This document shows, in pieces, positions 8,615-19,328 of a stretch of DNA of 53,729 bases. Position 1 is the first letter of the stretch, and the number at the start of each line of letters is the position of its first letter. The notes below the pieces were generated by a model. The model was given only the letters and a program-made list of their open reading frames with translations, searched no databases and was not told the DNA's origin. Origin of the DNA: Bdellovibrionota bacterium (lineage in GTDB: Bacteria > Bdellovibrionota_C > UBA2361). A program made the position numbers and the translations under genes. The stretch is from assembly GCA_044352465.1 (NCBI GenBank), contig JBILDU010000007.1:1-53729 (forward strand), given 5' to 3'.

Positions 8615-11365
8615 CTAACGATCAAGTACCCGCGCCCCTTTAATCGTGGCGAGGAGTCCCCGGAGCGACCTTAAGACCGGATTGCTTAGGGGGTCATCGG
8701 AACCCAGCCCGGTCATCCCAGTGTTATCGGAGGTCAGCTTCGCTTCAACCCACACCCGGTTTTCATTCGGGGGCTCGACAGCAGCACCGTCCATAATGTC
8801 TTTGAAACTGTTAAAGGTCGTGGTCTCTTCTTGATAAAGCGGCAAGATATAGCTATTGAGAGCTGCGCACGATGTGCCTGACCATGTAATCGTATTGAAG
8901 TCAGCACACTGCTCCCCGCTGAGACTATCCGGCGGTGGAGAGTCGGCTGGGTCAAGGGGGTCGTAATCTAATAGATCGATAATCTCCGCCTGTCGCTTAT
9001 TGAGATTCCCCGAGCGCGCTGCCGCGACCACCCCATCGAGGGGCGTTTTCTTACCGAGATACCACGTAAAGGAACGGGCGTTATTATTCTCCGTAAAGCG
9101 ATCCATGCGCTGAGAGAGGAGGTCAAGCATGCGGCTCTCTTGAATCTGCTCTTGACCAGCGAAATCGGTACCGCGCGGGACACCATCGGTCACGAAGACC
9201 GCGGCACACCGGCCTGCACCATCGGTAAGGCTGAGAAACTCCTCACACCGCGAGTTCGGCACCATATTATGGTGGAAGGTACCACCATAGGTCGGCTTGA
9301 GGTCCATCAAAAAGTAAAAGAGGTTGGCGTCTTTAATCGGCGTGGGCGAATCTGGCACCACAACACGACCGCGATACCGCGGCGCTCCGAAGTAACCGTC
9401 AGGGTAACGCGGTTCCCCAGCACCTCCCGCATCACACAGGACCTCCTCAACCTCGATCGCCCCGGTCGCAGGATTGCGACATTTTGGCCCATCTCCACCT
9501 GGGCTACACCGCGGCCAGCCGTGGATACACCACACGAATGCATTAGGCAGGAGTGCTCCGTTCGCACCGGTGCATACCGGATGTTTACCGCCACTGGCGC
9601 ACCGCGGCGACGTGGGCAGATCAGACGAAAGCGGCGGGGGGCTCACCCGCGCATGGGAGTAAAAGAAGTTTCGCTGAGCCTCTGAAAACGGGCGACTTCC
9701 ATCACACGGGATTGAATTATTCACCTCACCATCATCAAGCTCATCGTAGGTCACGCATAACCAGTAACCGGTCTTCCACGTATCGGTCGAGAGCGGTGCA
9801 AGGTTATCCCGCGAGGGTCCGGAGCCATTGATCGGAGGTCTACTCGGCTCATATTCGTATACCTCCGCAAGCTCCTCAGGGAACTCTGAGGCGATCGGGT
9901 GAGCTGAACCACCTAACTGTAAAAACGGAACCGCGCCTTCCGGCCAACCGAAACCGAAGTAAAGCTCGTTTTCAAGCCACCCGTTCGGTGAAAGCACTTG
10001 CCCCGGGTCAAACGGGAACGAATCGCCCGGGTCCCTCGCACCGCTCGGAATCGCGGGGAGGTAATAGCTCTCTCCACTTGGGAAATGACGTACCGAAGCG
10101 TCGCTGGGTGGATCTTTCGCAAACGAGTAGAGCCGCCCATTGGGCTCTCCGAAGAGGAAATATTTAGCCGCCTTTCGGGGCGCCACCGAGATATTGGAGA
10201 GGAGGATTCGAGTCGGCGATACCGCCATATCATCGGTGAGGGGGCTCTTCGGATTCTCAAAGGTGTACGTATAATCGATCGTCCCGCTCAAAAAGGGTGG
10301 GGCGTTCGGGTTGATCGCTAACCCCGACACGGTCGGCTCGTTCCAGCGCCAGGCTGGGAAGAGCCCCCCACCCTCCTCGATATCATTATCGCTCTCCGAC
10401 AAAGGTTCAAATCGCTCGGCCGGATCAGCCGCGGCCCCCCCCTGCGACAGATCCATGAAACGGTCCCACACTCGTTCCGGTATCGGCGCACCCAAAATCG
10501 AAACATCCAGATACCGTGACATCTGCGCCATTACCCCTACCAAAACGGTGGCCGCACGCTTGTAGGTCATGAAATTATCGGTCATACCCCAGCGGATTTT
10601 TCCCTGGTGGGTAGCCGGCCCCCCACCGCAGCCGTTCTCTGGGCCCGGGATACATTCCGTCGGTGGAGCGGTCCAGGTAAAACTGGGCACCGCGGGTCCG
10701 ATAATATTCCAACCGAGGTGATAGCGTGTAGCGTGGCCCACCGCCCCCGGCAGAGCATTCTGCGCGTAATCCTGTGGCTCGATCTGTTGGGTATGGGGAT
10801 TTCGATATCCGTTCGGTCCCGGGGTGTTCGAATTATTTGGATCGATTACACCGAACGCCTTTAAAAGGTCGTTAATACTACCGTCGGCCAAGAGACTCCG
10901 TGAGTAGTCGAGGACCACTGAGATATGAAGCTTCGAGGGCTTTGTCTGCGCGACCCCACTCGCCTTCACCGAGCCGAGGCTCGAGACAAGAGAGGTAAGA
11001 GGAGGGAGTGTGTATTTCTGATACACCGCCACCTTGTTTTCCCCCGGAGCCTCAAGGTTGTGGTTAAAAATAAGGAGCCCCGCGGAGAGATTCTGGACCG
11101 TCTCAACCGGCTGAGCACCGGCAAAACCTTGAGCATTCGCGAGCATCGCCATGGCGTTGAGCGACTCGGACGATTCGAACTCTGAACTTAACGTTCCGAC
11201 CGACGCGAGGTTAACCGCATTGAACTGCGCCCTTAACTTCGAAACGTTCGCCCGCCCATAACCGATCAAAACGAACCCGAGGGTCAACAAGGGCAACAGC
11301 AGGAGCGCGCTCCACACCAGGACGAATCCCTGCTCACCTGCTCTGACCTCTTTAAAACGACTCAT
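8615..11365 (-). CDS. TadG-like pilus-associated protein with vWA domain
   Basis: Prepilin-like N-terminus EQG-FVLVWSALLL; MIDAS elements VVLDYSRS, GGT, VFVTDG; large internal insert with a Cys-rich part. Confidence 0.75.
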   Translation of the reverse strand: MSRFKEVRAGEQGFVLVWSALLLLPLLTLGFVLIGYGRANVSKLRAQFNAVNLASVGTLSSEFESSESLNAMAMLANAQGFAGAQPVETVQNLSAGLLIFNHNLEAPGENKVAVYQKYTLPPLTSLVSSLGSVKASGVAQTKPSKLHISVVLDYSRSLLADGSINDLLKAFGVIDPNNSNTPGPNGYRNPHTQQIEPQDYAQNALPGAVGHATRYHLGWNIIGPAVPSFTWTAPPTECIPGPENGCGGGPATHQGKIRWGMTDNFMTYKRAATVLVGVMAQMSRYLDVSILGAPIPERVWDRFMDLSQGGAAADPAERFEPLSESDNDIEEGGGLFPAWRWNEPTVSGLAINPNAPPFLSGTIDYTYTFENPKSPLTDDMAVSPTRILLSNISVAPRKAAKYFLFGEPNGRLYSFAKDPPSDASVRHFPSGESYYLPAIPSGARDPGDSFPFDPGQVLSPNGWLENELYFGFGWPEGAVPFLQLGGSAHPIASEFPEELAEVYEYEPSRPPINGSGPSRDNLAPLSTDTWKTGYWLCVTYDELDDGEVNNSIPCDGSRPFSEAQRNFFYSHARVSPPPLSSDLPTSPRCASGGKHPVCTGANGALLPNAFVWCIHGWPRCSPGGDGPKCRNPATGAIEVEEVLCDAGGAGEPRYPDGYFGAPRYRGRVVVPDSPTPIKDANLFYFLMDLKPTYGGTFHHNMVPNSRCEEFLSLTDGAGRCAAVFVTDGVPRGTDFAGQEQIQESRMLDLLSQRMDRFTENNNARSFTWYLGKKTPLDGVVAAARSGNLNKRQAEIIDLLDYDPLDPADSPPPDSLSGEQCADFNTITWSGTSCAALNSYILPLYQEETTTFNSFKDIMDGAAVEPPNENRVWVEAKLTSDNTGMTGLGSDDPLSNPVLRSLRGLLATIKGARVLDR

Positions 11366-12042
11366 CAGTTAACGAGCCTCCGTGGAGATATGGTGTAGTA
11401 GCTGGTCGGCGCAATCGAAAGGGGCCCCATCGCTGGCTCAGAACAAATTAGAAACGGAAGATAATCAACGAACCCTTGGTATCTGGTCCCTGCAACGGTG
11501 ACATCGTAGAGCTTGGGCCCTACCGGTACTCGGTTACCATCAGCAGGGGTATAATCTTGCATCTGAGTTAACTGGGCTTCAGCGTACTCAATGAGCTTTT
11601 TTTCGAGGCCGCTTCGACATCTGGTGGACTGCATTCCCAAAGACGTGCCCACGCCGTCTGGTACGACCTTATCGAGCACAACCCCCGACTTCGGATCAAT
11701 CTTTAGGTACCCCAGCGCCACAGCCACGCTCGTCGACTCCCCTCCCCCGCGCCGCCCCGCAAAGCCGGCGATATCGTCGAGAAACGGGACTCGCAACGCA
11801 TCGGAAAGCGGTTCGAACTCACTCGTGGTGTTGTTAAACACCAACGTGGCACCCTGCGGGCCTAAGAGAACCTCTGTCGCAACTTTTTCATGTTTCAGTT
11901 GCGCGTCGATCAGAGCAAATTGCTGCGCCAAACCAAGGACCACCACCCCCAGAAGGGTAAACGCGACCGCCGCTTCGATCAGAATCTCCCCCCTTGCCGA
12001 GGCGAGGCGAGCAGCCCGAACTTTTAAAAACCCTCGCCGCAT
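11365..12042 (-). CDS. TadE-like minor pilin
   Basis: ARG-EILIEAAVAFTLLGVVVLG prepilin motif with Glu at +5. Confidence 0.7.
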   Translation of the reverse strand: MRRGFLKVRAARLASARGEILIEAAVAFTLLGVVVLGLAQQFALIDAQLKHEKVATEVLLGPQGATLVFNNTTSEFEPLSDALRVPFLDDIAGFAGRRGGGESTSVAVALGYLKIDPKSGVVLDKVVPDGVGTSLGMQSTRCRSGLEKKLIEYAEAQLTQMQDYTPADGNRVPVGPKLYDVTVAGTRYQGFVDYLPFLICSEPAMGPLSIAPTSYYTISPRRLVN

Positions 12043-12043
12043 A

Positions 12044-12778
12044 TCATCCTACCGGGGTTGCAGTAAAAGAATTGTTTCGGATACTCCCAGAGCGAAAGGC
12101 GTAGGCATTTCGTGAGATGACTCGATAAGCTGGCCCGGTAAAAACACCGTCTATCGATAACGCGATGAGAGGAACGACGCAGTCGACATAGAATATTCTA
12201 TCTCGGTCGCGGCGCAGGTACTCCTCAAACGCGGCTCCCTCGCTGACCGGGTCGGGTGAGGCTTCAAGCCCCTCAGCAAATTCGAAATAAATGCTACAGT
12301 TCGGCCTTCCTCCGAGGAGATCAAGATTTGACTCAAAGCCTACCGGAATCGGGAAATAGACGCGTGGACTTAACTGCCGCACGAAACCGTAGCCGAGATT
12401 GAGGACCTTGCGCTCCTTCTCCGTCAGGTAGTTCTTCCCATGGCGAGGCGTTTGAACGGGATCGAGAAACTTCACCCAAAAATTCTCCCGATCGCGCCCA
12501 GTCCGGCCCTGCCCTGCGGGGGGATAGACCAGCCTCTCTACATCCGGCAGAGCGTAGCCATCTGGATCGGCGGAAACGGCGAGTTTCGCCACCAACATCG
12601 CCACCTCCTGAGCAAAGATGCCGTTGAGGTACAGCCGCGAGAGATCAAAAAGGACCACCATCACTGCCAAGATAAGCGGCATGAGCAGAGCTGTGGAAAC
12701 CATCGAGACTCCACGCTCACCCACTGATGGGGCCGCACCTGACGCTCGCTCCGACAAGTCCCCCGTGATGCTCACCAT
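12044..12778 (-). CDS. TadE/TadF-like minor pilin
   Basis: ERG-VSMVSTALLMPLILAVMVVLFD prepilin-like helix; start uncertain (ATG 12778 follows GGAG; 12823 is also possible). Confidence 0.7.
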   Translation of the reverse strand: MVSITGDLSERASGAAPSVGERGVSMVSTALLMPLILAVMVVLFDLSRLYLNGIFAQEVAMLVAKLAVSADPDGYALPDVERLVYPPAGQGRTGRDRENFWVKFLDPVQTPRHGKNYLTEKERKVLNLGYGFVRQLSPRVYFPIPVGFESNLDLLGGRPNCSIYFEFAEGLEASPDPVSEGAAFEEYLRRDRDRIFYVDCVVPLIALSIDGVFTGPAYRVISRNAYAFRSGSIRNNSFTATPVG

Positions 12779-13077
12779 CTGCTCCCACCTACGTACACAA
12801 CCTGCGCCTTCTTTGGGCACCATGCAGCGCAAAATCCGCTCGCCCTTTCCACTATGGTAATATATTGTGAGAAAAGGGGGCACGCTAAAAACCGGTGACA
12901 GGAACAACAACCTTAAAAACTATCGTTGGTCAAAACTACTGCGAAAAAGGCTTGTTTCTCACTGCCTCAAAAAGGCACGCGGAGAAAAAACTGCGAAAAT
13001 AGACCTCGCGACGTCACCCGAAAAAGCCGCTGCTCCTCGCCGCGCTACAAGGATTCTAAACGCATGTAATTTTACCT

Positions 13078-13401
13078 ATGTGGTATCGGATAAAACCTCG
13101 TAAGAATTTAGTTTTTGAGGCAAAATCTGCCACGCCGGGGTGCAGAGATGGTCGGCAAGCCCGCTGTAACACCGCCTGGGCTCAAAAACCCGGTGGAGCC
13201 ACCAGAGAGAGCGGTGCCACCTTGCCTGAATACGCGATAATCTTGGGCGTTTTCGTTGTCATAGCGGCGGCTATGGCGCTCGCTTTCAAACCGCTCCAAG
13301 AGAGCTTCCATAACGATGTCACACCAGGACTCGACCTCTCCTACCCCGCGAACTACGTTGCTCCCCCAGCGAATCCACCGCCGGCGGTACCCGTTCCGTG
13401 A
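13078..13401 (+). CDS. flp: Flp family type IVb pilin
   Basis: ESG-ATLPEYAIILGVFVVIAAAMAL, the G/xxxxEY Flp motif; divergent from the tadE/tadG genes. Confidence 0.78.
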   Translation: MWYRIKPRKNLVFEAKSATPGCRDGRQARCNTAWAQKPGGATRESGATLPEYAIILGVFVVIAAAMALAFKPLQESFHNDVTPGLDLSYPANYVAPPANPPPAVPVP

Positions 13402-13411
13402 GGCGAAACCG

Positions 13412-14749
13412 CTACTCTTCGTCGCTCTCTTTGAGTGAGGCGAGCTCTGGGGTGAACGTTATCAAAACTTTGTCGACCCGATTACCATCCATATCGACGA
13501 CCTCGAAACGTAATCCCCGATAGGTGAACGCCTCAGATACTTTCGGCACATGCCCGAGCATCGTGATCACAAAACCAGCCAGAGTCTGATAGGCAACCTC
13601 CTCATCTTCCCCCTCGTGCAGCGAGATCTCAAAGTGCTCCTCGAAGTCAAAGAGGGAAACGGCACCACTCACGAGCCACGTCCCATCCGCGCGTTCAACG
13701 ATGGGGTCCTCCTCAGCCGGCGACAGCGGGAGATCGACGAAGACCGCCTTCAGGACATCGGTTATCGATATCAATCCATCGAGTCCACCGTACTCGTCGA
13801 CGACACACGCGACACTTTCGCGCCGCAGCTTAAACTGCTCCAAAATCTTCACCGCATTGGTCGTCCCGGGCACACAAAAGGGCGGCCGCATCGCGGTTGA
13901 CCAATCGCGCCACCCACCCTCGGTCGATCGTAACGCCCAGAGCTCTTTGATTCCAACCATCCCTTTCACGTTATCGATCGTATTCTCGCATACGGGATAG
14001 TGCGTATGCTTGGCCTCGCCGATAATCTTGATTACCTCATCGAAAGGCGCCGTCTTCTCGAGCCACACGACATCTCGCCGCGGCGTCATCAGCGAATCGA
14101 TCCGCCGTTCCCCGAGCTCGAGAGCTCGATTCACGATATCCTGCTCGACCTCCTCGACAACCCCCGCCTGAGCGCCTTGCTCGACGATAATCTTGATCTC
14201 TTCAGTGCTCATCTGCGAACCGGTGGACCCTTCGGATAGCCGGAGGGCCCGCAGAATCGGCTTCGACGCGACGTTGAGCGCTGCCACAAACGGCGCCATC
14301 AAGCGCGAAAGCCACAACATCAGAGGGGCCACCAACGCCGCTGTTCGCGCCGGATTGGTGAGGGCAAGACGCTTCGGCACCAGCTCGCCAACAACGATCG
14401 TGGCATAGGTTACCAAAAGCACGATGATACTGAGCGCCAACGGTTCAGCAATCGTACCAACGTGGGGAACGCGCTCCAACACCCCCGCGAGATGCACGGC
14501 GAGCGTTGCACCGCCGTAGACACCGGAAACGACCCCGATAAGAGTGATACCCAACTGCACCGTCGAAAGCAGATGATCGGGGGACTCGGTGAGCTTCAAG
14601 GCTATCTTGGCGCCTCGACTACCCTCATTCGCAAGCTCTTGCAGGCGCGACTTACGCGCGGACACCAAGGACATCTCGGCGAGCGCAAAGAACCCATTCA
14701 GAAGGGTCAAAAGAACGATAACCCCACATTCAAAGATTACGTTGCTCAT
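13412..14749 (-). CDS. HlyC/CorC (CNNM + CBS + CorC_HlyC) family membrane protein
   Basis: NGFFALAEMSLVS, LSTVQLGIT, GELVPK, MTPR, VVDEYGG, TLAG. Confidence 0.93.
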   Translation of the reverse strand: MSNVIFECGVIVLLTLLNGFFALAEMSLVSARKSRLQELANEGSRGAKIALKLTESPDHLLSTVQLGITLIGVVSGVYGGATLAVHLAGVLERVPHVGTIAEPLALSIIVLLVTYATIVVGELVPKRLALTNPARTAALVAPLMLWLSRLMAPFVAALNVASKPILRALRLSEGSTGSQMSTEEIKIIVEQGAQAGVVEEVEQDIVNRALELGERRIDSLMTPRRDVVWLEKTAPFDEVIKIIGEAKHTHYPVCENTIDNVKGMVGIKELWALRSTEGGWRDWSTAMRPPFCVPGTTNAVKILEQFKLRRESVACVVDEYGGLDGLISITDVLKAVFVDLPLSPAEEDPIVERADGTWLVSGAVSLFDFEEHFEISLHEGEDEEVAYQTLAGFVITMLGHVPKVSEAFTYRGLRFEVVDMDGNRVDKVLITFTPELASLKESDEE

Positions 14750-15441
14750 GCTGGTCCATAGGCAAAGGTTTCGGCACGCTCACGCACCTCATGAAGCGCT
14801 GCATCGAGTTTCTGGGTCCACTCAAGCACCCCCCCCTCGTCGAGCTCATCCGGAATGCGGAGGGGCCTCCCCACCACTCGCACACCGCGCGAAAAAGGCT
14901 TCGGTAAAAACATCTCATCCCAACTCCCGAATCTCCATCGGCGCTCCGCCCCCAAAGCTACCGGCAAGATGACCGCCCCAGCGCGCTGCGCTATCCGCAC
15001 GGCTCCGGTCTTTGAGCGATAGCGTGGTCCTTTAGGACCGTCGGGGGTGATGGCGATATGGTTCCCCTCACGTAGGCACTCAACCAGCTCACCCACCGCG
15101 GCCCGCCCACCCCGGGTCGAGGAGCCCGCGACCGAGCGCACCCCCATGTGGTCCATCGCTCGAGCGATCATCCGACCATCGGTGTGTTGCGAAATCAATA
15201 CATAGATCGGACGGGACGCCGCGGTCAGAAAATCCTTGTAGATCGACGGCATCAGCAGTTGATGCCCGTGCCAGAAAGCGAGCACCACCGGCGGGCCCTC
15301 TGTCCATCGGGCGAGATCGGGACCAGCGAACTCATCGCGCCAACGGATCGTTGCACTCACGAGCCGGAGCAGCCCCGCCCCCAAAAATCCGACGACCTCG
15401 ATCTTCACTCGATCAAGAAATCCAGGCGCACCATCGCTCAT
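14746..15441 (-). CDS. DUF374 lysophospholipid acyltransferase family protein
   Basis: AFWH, ISQHTDG, GSSTRGG, ITPDGPKGP, SWD...PKPFS; ATGA overlaps on both sides. Confidence 0.88.
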   Translation of the reverse strand: MSDGAPGFLDRVKIEVVGFLGAGLLRLVSATIRWRDEFAGPDLARWTEGPPVVLAFWHGHQLLMPSIYKDFLTAASRPIYVLISQHTDGRMIARAMDHMGVRSVAGSSTRGGRAAVGELVECLREGNHIAITPDGPKGPRYRSKTGAVRIAQRAGAVILPVALGAERRWRFGSWDEMFLPKPFSRGVRVVGRPLRIPDELDEGGVLEWTQKLDAALHEVRERAETFAYGPA

Positions 15442-16850
15442 GTCGGATTCCCGGCCGGCGCCACTGCCCGCACCCCATCGATCTTCCCCTCGATGTTGTC
15501 GATAAGCCACTTTGGATCCCACCACTCAATCGGATTTACCGGGACATTGCGCACCCGAAATTCAAAGTGGAGATGATCGCCGCCAGCAAGTCCGGTCGTT
15601 CCTGTTCGCCCTATAGTGACTCCACGCTTTACTGCTTCGCCGGTACTTACGAGCATCGAGGCGAGATGGCCGTAGAGGGAAAAAAGGCCCGCGCCATGAT
15701 CAACGACGATCGTGTTGCCGTAGATTCCGTGGTCCTCTGCCATCACGATCGTGCCATCTTGAACCGCCATCACCGGTGCATTTCCGGTGGAGGCCAGGTC
15801 AACTCCGTTGTGCATCGATTGACTGACGGGAGTTCCATCAAGGGCGTAATTTCGGTGCTCACCGAAAATCGAGGAGGTCGCTGCGGGCATCGGCCTGAGG
15901 AAAACCTCCTTAGTCCAAAGCCGCGGGGTGAGCGGTGCCTCAAAGAGAACCTTCAGCTTCGCGTTGAGAAGATGCCGATAATCCTCGTTAACGAAGCGGA
16001 AACTCGCCATCAATCCGTCAGTGCTCGTATAGTCGGGCTTCTCTTCCTTGCCGGAAGCGACAATGAATTTATCCATGAGCTCCGGCATCTTCGCTTCGAG
16101 AAAAGGTTTCGTAAGCTTTGATGTCACCTCAGTTGGCTTTCCAAGATCGATTCGAAAATTCACCGGAACGAGCGTCTCGTTACCCGCATTGTCACGGGCG
16201 AATGCTTGCACCCGTTCGGCAGTCGTCATCTCGAGGGGCAGCGCGAAAAGGGCAACAAACAGCCCCGGCTCAACACTGGCACTCGAATCAAAGTCGCTGA
16301 GGGGCAGGCCGGGGAATTCAATCGCCCCCACCCGTACGCCGCTGTTGCGCATATTCGTATCGGTGGCACGATAGACGACGAATTCAGCGCCTCCAGCCAC
16401 CGCGACATGTTGGAGCGAGAGCACCTCCATTCGAGGCCGAGCATAATCGACAAGGACCTTTATGGTCCCCGAGCCGCTGGACTCCCAAACCGAATTGTCA
16501 CCACTCTGTACGACGACCTCGGCCTCACCCTCTTTGAGTCCAAGCGCTCGTGGGGCAAAGTCAATCTCGACCACCTCTTCATCGCGGGGAACCGCGAAAA
16601 CTCGGGTTAAGACCTCGCGCGACTCTCCGTTCTGGACGACCATCACCCGAACAGTCGAAACCCCGGACCCAGCATCGGTAAGGGTCACCGGAATCTTGAC
16701 CGGCTCCATTCCAACCCCAGCGATTTCCCCTGAAAACGCAACCACCGGAGGAGTGCGGTCGAGCACTACGGTCAGTCCGCCGCCCACAAGGAGGCGGTAA
16801 ACGCCCCAGCCCAGGCCGCCGAGGAAGAGTAACACGAATAGTTTTTTCAC
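15438..16850 (-). CDS. M23 family metallopeptidase with N-terminal Ig-like region
   Basis: HNGVD, YGH, GDHLHF zinc motifs; start placed at the GTG of (M)KKLFVLLFLGG. Confidence 0.9.
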   Translation of the reverse strand: MKKLFVLLFLGGLGWGVYRLLVGGGLTVVLDRTPPVVAFSGEIAGVGMEPVKIPVTLTDAGSGVSTVRVMVVQNGESREVLTRVFAVPRDEEVVEIDFAPRALGLKEGEAEVVVQSGDNSVWESSGSGTIKVLVDYARPRMEVLSLQHVAVAGGAEFVVYRATDTNMRNSGVRVGAIEFPGLPLSDFDSSASVEPGLFVALFALPLEMTTAERVQAFARDNAGNETLVPVNFRIDLGKPTEVTSKLTKPFLEAKMPELMDKFIVASGKEEKPDYTSTDGLMASFRFVNEDYRHLLNAKLKVLFEAPLTPRLWTKEVFLRPMPAATSSIFGEHRNYALDGTPVSQSMHNGVDLASTGNAPVMAVQDGTIVMAEDHGIYGNTIVVDHGAGLFSLYGHLASMLVSTGEAVKRGVTIGRTGTTGLAGGDHLHFEFRVRNVPVNPIEWWDPKWLIDNIEGKIDGVRAVAPAGNPT

Positions 16851-17127
16851 AGACAACACCCCCCAATCGCTGCGCTCCACCGGAGCGACCAAACAAGCCC
16901 ACTCAGCCGGACTTGTTCCCCAAAGTTGCAGCACGCGTCCGCCGGTGCCGATCCCGGCGTCGCTCCAGCGCTTCAAGTGTGCCGCGCACAGGCGCAAGCG
17001 GGCTGGTCGCCTTGAGCGGCTCCTTCGGAACGGCGCTTTTATAACACACGCCAAGCTTAAACGATAAGGCTCTGTGATGAAACGGTCGAGCGCTCGGCGA
17101 TTACCCAAAAATGGGGTCCTCTCCGGC

Positions 17128-17160
17128 TAAACAAACTGAGCCCGCCCTTGAGGGGCGCTC
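17128..17160 (-). terminator. Possible terminator after sufD
   Basis: Bulged GC hairpin GAGCGCCCCTCAAGGGCGGGCTC followed by AGTTTGTTT on the minus strand. Confidence 0.35.
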
Positions 17161-17201
17161 ACAGGAGCAACAGCAAGGGTCAGGACGAACGCCCAGCGCG
17201 T

Positions 17202-18506
17202 TTAGAACAGCGCTTTCTCAAGGCGGTCCTCGACATAAGCTTTAAGCTCTTTGATGCCGATCTCGCTTACCACCTCGCCCGCAAAGGCGTGAATGAGCAT
17301 CCCGCGCGCCGTCTCATAGGGAATTCCCCGAGAGCGTAGATAGAAGAGGCTATCCTCATCGAGTTGCCCCACCGTTGCTCCGTGAGTGCATTTGACGTCG
17401 TCTGCCCAGATCTTAAGCTGCGGTTGAGAATCGATCGAAGCCTCAGTCGAAAGAAGTAACGCCCGATTTGACTGAAAAGCGTTCGTTTTCTGGGCATCAG
17501 GACGAACGATGATCGTCCCGTTAAAAACCCCGCTCGATCTATCGGCGTATATTCCCTTGTAAAGCTCCCGGCTCTCGCAGCGAGGCTTGGCATGATCGAG
17601 CACGGTATGGTTATCAACGTGCTGGTCACCTTTTAGAACGGTCAGCCCCAACATCCCGGTTGAACACTCCTCACCCTGTAAAGTTGCATTGACCTCGTTC
17701 CGCACGACCTTCCCACCAAATGAGAACGTTGTCGTTCGAACCCGCGAGGACGCCGCCTGAGCTATCTGTACGGTGCTCACGTGGTAAGCCGCCGGCCCCT
17801 CCTCCGCGAGCTTGTAGTGGTGGACCTCAGCATTCTCATCTGCCACGATCTCGGTGACGGCCGTCGTCAAAGTCGGCGTCGACCCAAAAGTAAGGAAACT
17901 CTCGATAACGTTGACTACTGCGTGCGCCTCCGCTACCACGAGCACCCGGGGTGCGGTCATAAGCTCCGCCTGCTGAGCGGTGGTGACATGCACGATGTGA
18001 ATCGGTGTCTCGATACGCTTACCGCGTTCAACTTTAATCACCGCACCGTCGGTAACGAAAGCGGTGTTGAGTGCCACAAAAGCGTGCTCGCTATACGCTG
18101 CATGCTTTGCAAAATGTGACGCCACCACGTTACCCAGGCTCCCCCCCTGGCCGCTCAAAAAACCCTGGAGCGACTCGATCGTCAAGCCGGCTATCCCGGG
18201 ACTCGGTTGCGAGAGGTTGTTGTTCAAGACTCCGTTGACGAAGACAAGGCGGATTGTCGTCAACCCGGCTGGTAAAAACGGAGCCAACGCCTCGTTCGCG
18301 ATTGGGCCCACATCACCGAGCGCAAACGGAGTCTTCGCGAGAGCGCCCACGTTCGTGTACTTCCACTCTTCGTTCGCCGGAGTTGGTAATCCGAGGGCCT
18401 GAAAGCGCTGGAACGCCGAGGTGCGCACCCCGTGAAAAGATCCACCGCTATCAATCGATTTGAAGTTTGCTTCCGCCCATGCCGGGGCGTTCGAAACCGT
18501 CTCCAT
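17202..18506 (-). CDS. sufD: Fe-S cluster assembly protein SufD
   Basis: EEWKYT, AQKTNAFQ, PQLKIWADDVKCTHGAT, FYLRSRGI; follows sufC. Confidence 0.95.
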   Translation of the reverse strand: METVSNAPAWAEANFKSIDSGGSFHGVRTSAFQRFQALGLPTPANEEWKYTNVGALAKTPFALGDVGPIANEALAPFLPAGLTTIRLVFVNGVLNNNLSQPSPGIAGLTIESLQGFLSGQGGSLGNVVASHFAKHAAYSEHAFVALNTAFVTDGAVIKVERGKRIETPIHIVHVTTAQQAELMTAPRVLVVAEAHAVVNVIESFLTFGSTPTLTTAVTEIVADENAEVHHYKLAEEGPAAYHVSTVQIAQAASSRVRTTTFSFGGKVVRNEVNATLQGEECSTGMLGLTVLKGDQHVDNHTVLDHAKPRCESRELYKGIYADRSSGVFNGTIIVRPDAQKTNAFQSNRALLLSTEASIDSQPQLKIWADDVKCTHGATVGQLDEDSLFYLRSRGIPYETARGMLIHAFAGEVVSEIGIKELKAYVEDRLEKALF

Positions 18507-18516
18507 GGAGGTCCCC

Positions 18517-19299
18517 CTATGCCGCTGTCGAGGCGTTTTCGCCCTTAATCCAACCGTAGCCACGCTCCTCAAGTTGAAGGGCGAGCTCCTTTCCACCCGA
18601 CTTCACGATTCTGCCGTCGAGCAAGATATGGACAAAGTCAGGCACGATATAGTTTAGGAGCCGTTGATAGTGGGTGATGACCACGACGGACTTCGTTGGA
18701 TCAGCTTCACGCAGCTTATTCACCCCGTGCGACACTACCTGCAGTGCGTCGATATCGAGCCCCGAATCGGTTTCGTCTAAAATCGCGAGCTTCGGATCGA
18801 GCACCGCCATCTGAAAGATCTCGTTACGTTTCTTCTCTCCACCCGAGAAGCCCTCGTTCACCGCCCGCTTCAACAATGCATCATCGAGCTCAACGAGTTT
18901 CGCTTTTTGCTGCACGAGCTCATTAAACTCGCGCACCTGCAGCGGCTTCTCACCCTTCGCCTCACGAATAGAGTTAAGCGCTGTCCGGAGGAAATAGGTC
19001 CCCAGCACCCCGGGTAACTCGACCGGATACTGAAAGGCCATAAAAAGTCCGTTTTGGGCACGAACCTCAGGGTCCATCTCCAAAAGATCGTGACCGCCAA
19101 ACTTCACCGTACCGTTCGTCACGGCATAGCCTTCTCGACCGCCCAGGACATTGGCGAGAGTGCTCTTGCCAGAACCGTTCAGCCCCATGATGGCGTGAAC
19201 TTCCCCTGGGTTCACCGTCAAGTTAATCCCTTTGAGGATCTCACGATCAGCTTCCTCTACTTTAGCGTGGAGATTGGTAATCTCGAGAATCGGTGCCAT
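18517..19299 (-). CDS. sufC: Fe-S cluster assembly ATPase SufC
   Basis: GLNGSGKST, AFQYPVE, NEGFSGGEKKRNE, LDETDSGLDIDA, ITHYQR. Confidence 0.97.
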   Translation of the reverse strand: MAPILEITNLHAKVEEADREILKGINLTVNPGEVHAIMGLNGSGKSTLANVLGGREGYAVTNGTVKFGGHDLLEMDPEVRAQNGLFMAFQYPVELPGVLGTYFLRTALNSIREAKGEKPLQVREFNELVQQKAKLVELDDALLKRAVNEGFSGGEKKRNEIFQMAVLDPKLAILDETDSGLDIDALQVVSHGVNKLREADPTKSVVVITHYQRLLNYIVPDFVHILLDGRIVKSGGKELALQLEERGYGWIKGENASTAA

Positions 19300-19328
19300 A
19301 GCGCTACATCCTTTCGATTTGAAATCGG

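Noticed and set aside
16851..17108. Long N-terminal extension of the M23 ORF (likewise for sufB, sufD, DUF374 and the oxidoreductase)
   Set aside because: Downstream starts give proper signal or family N-termini and ATGA coupling; the extensions look non-coding.
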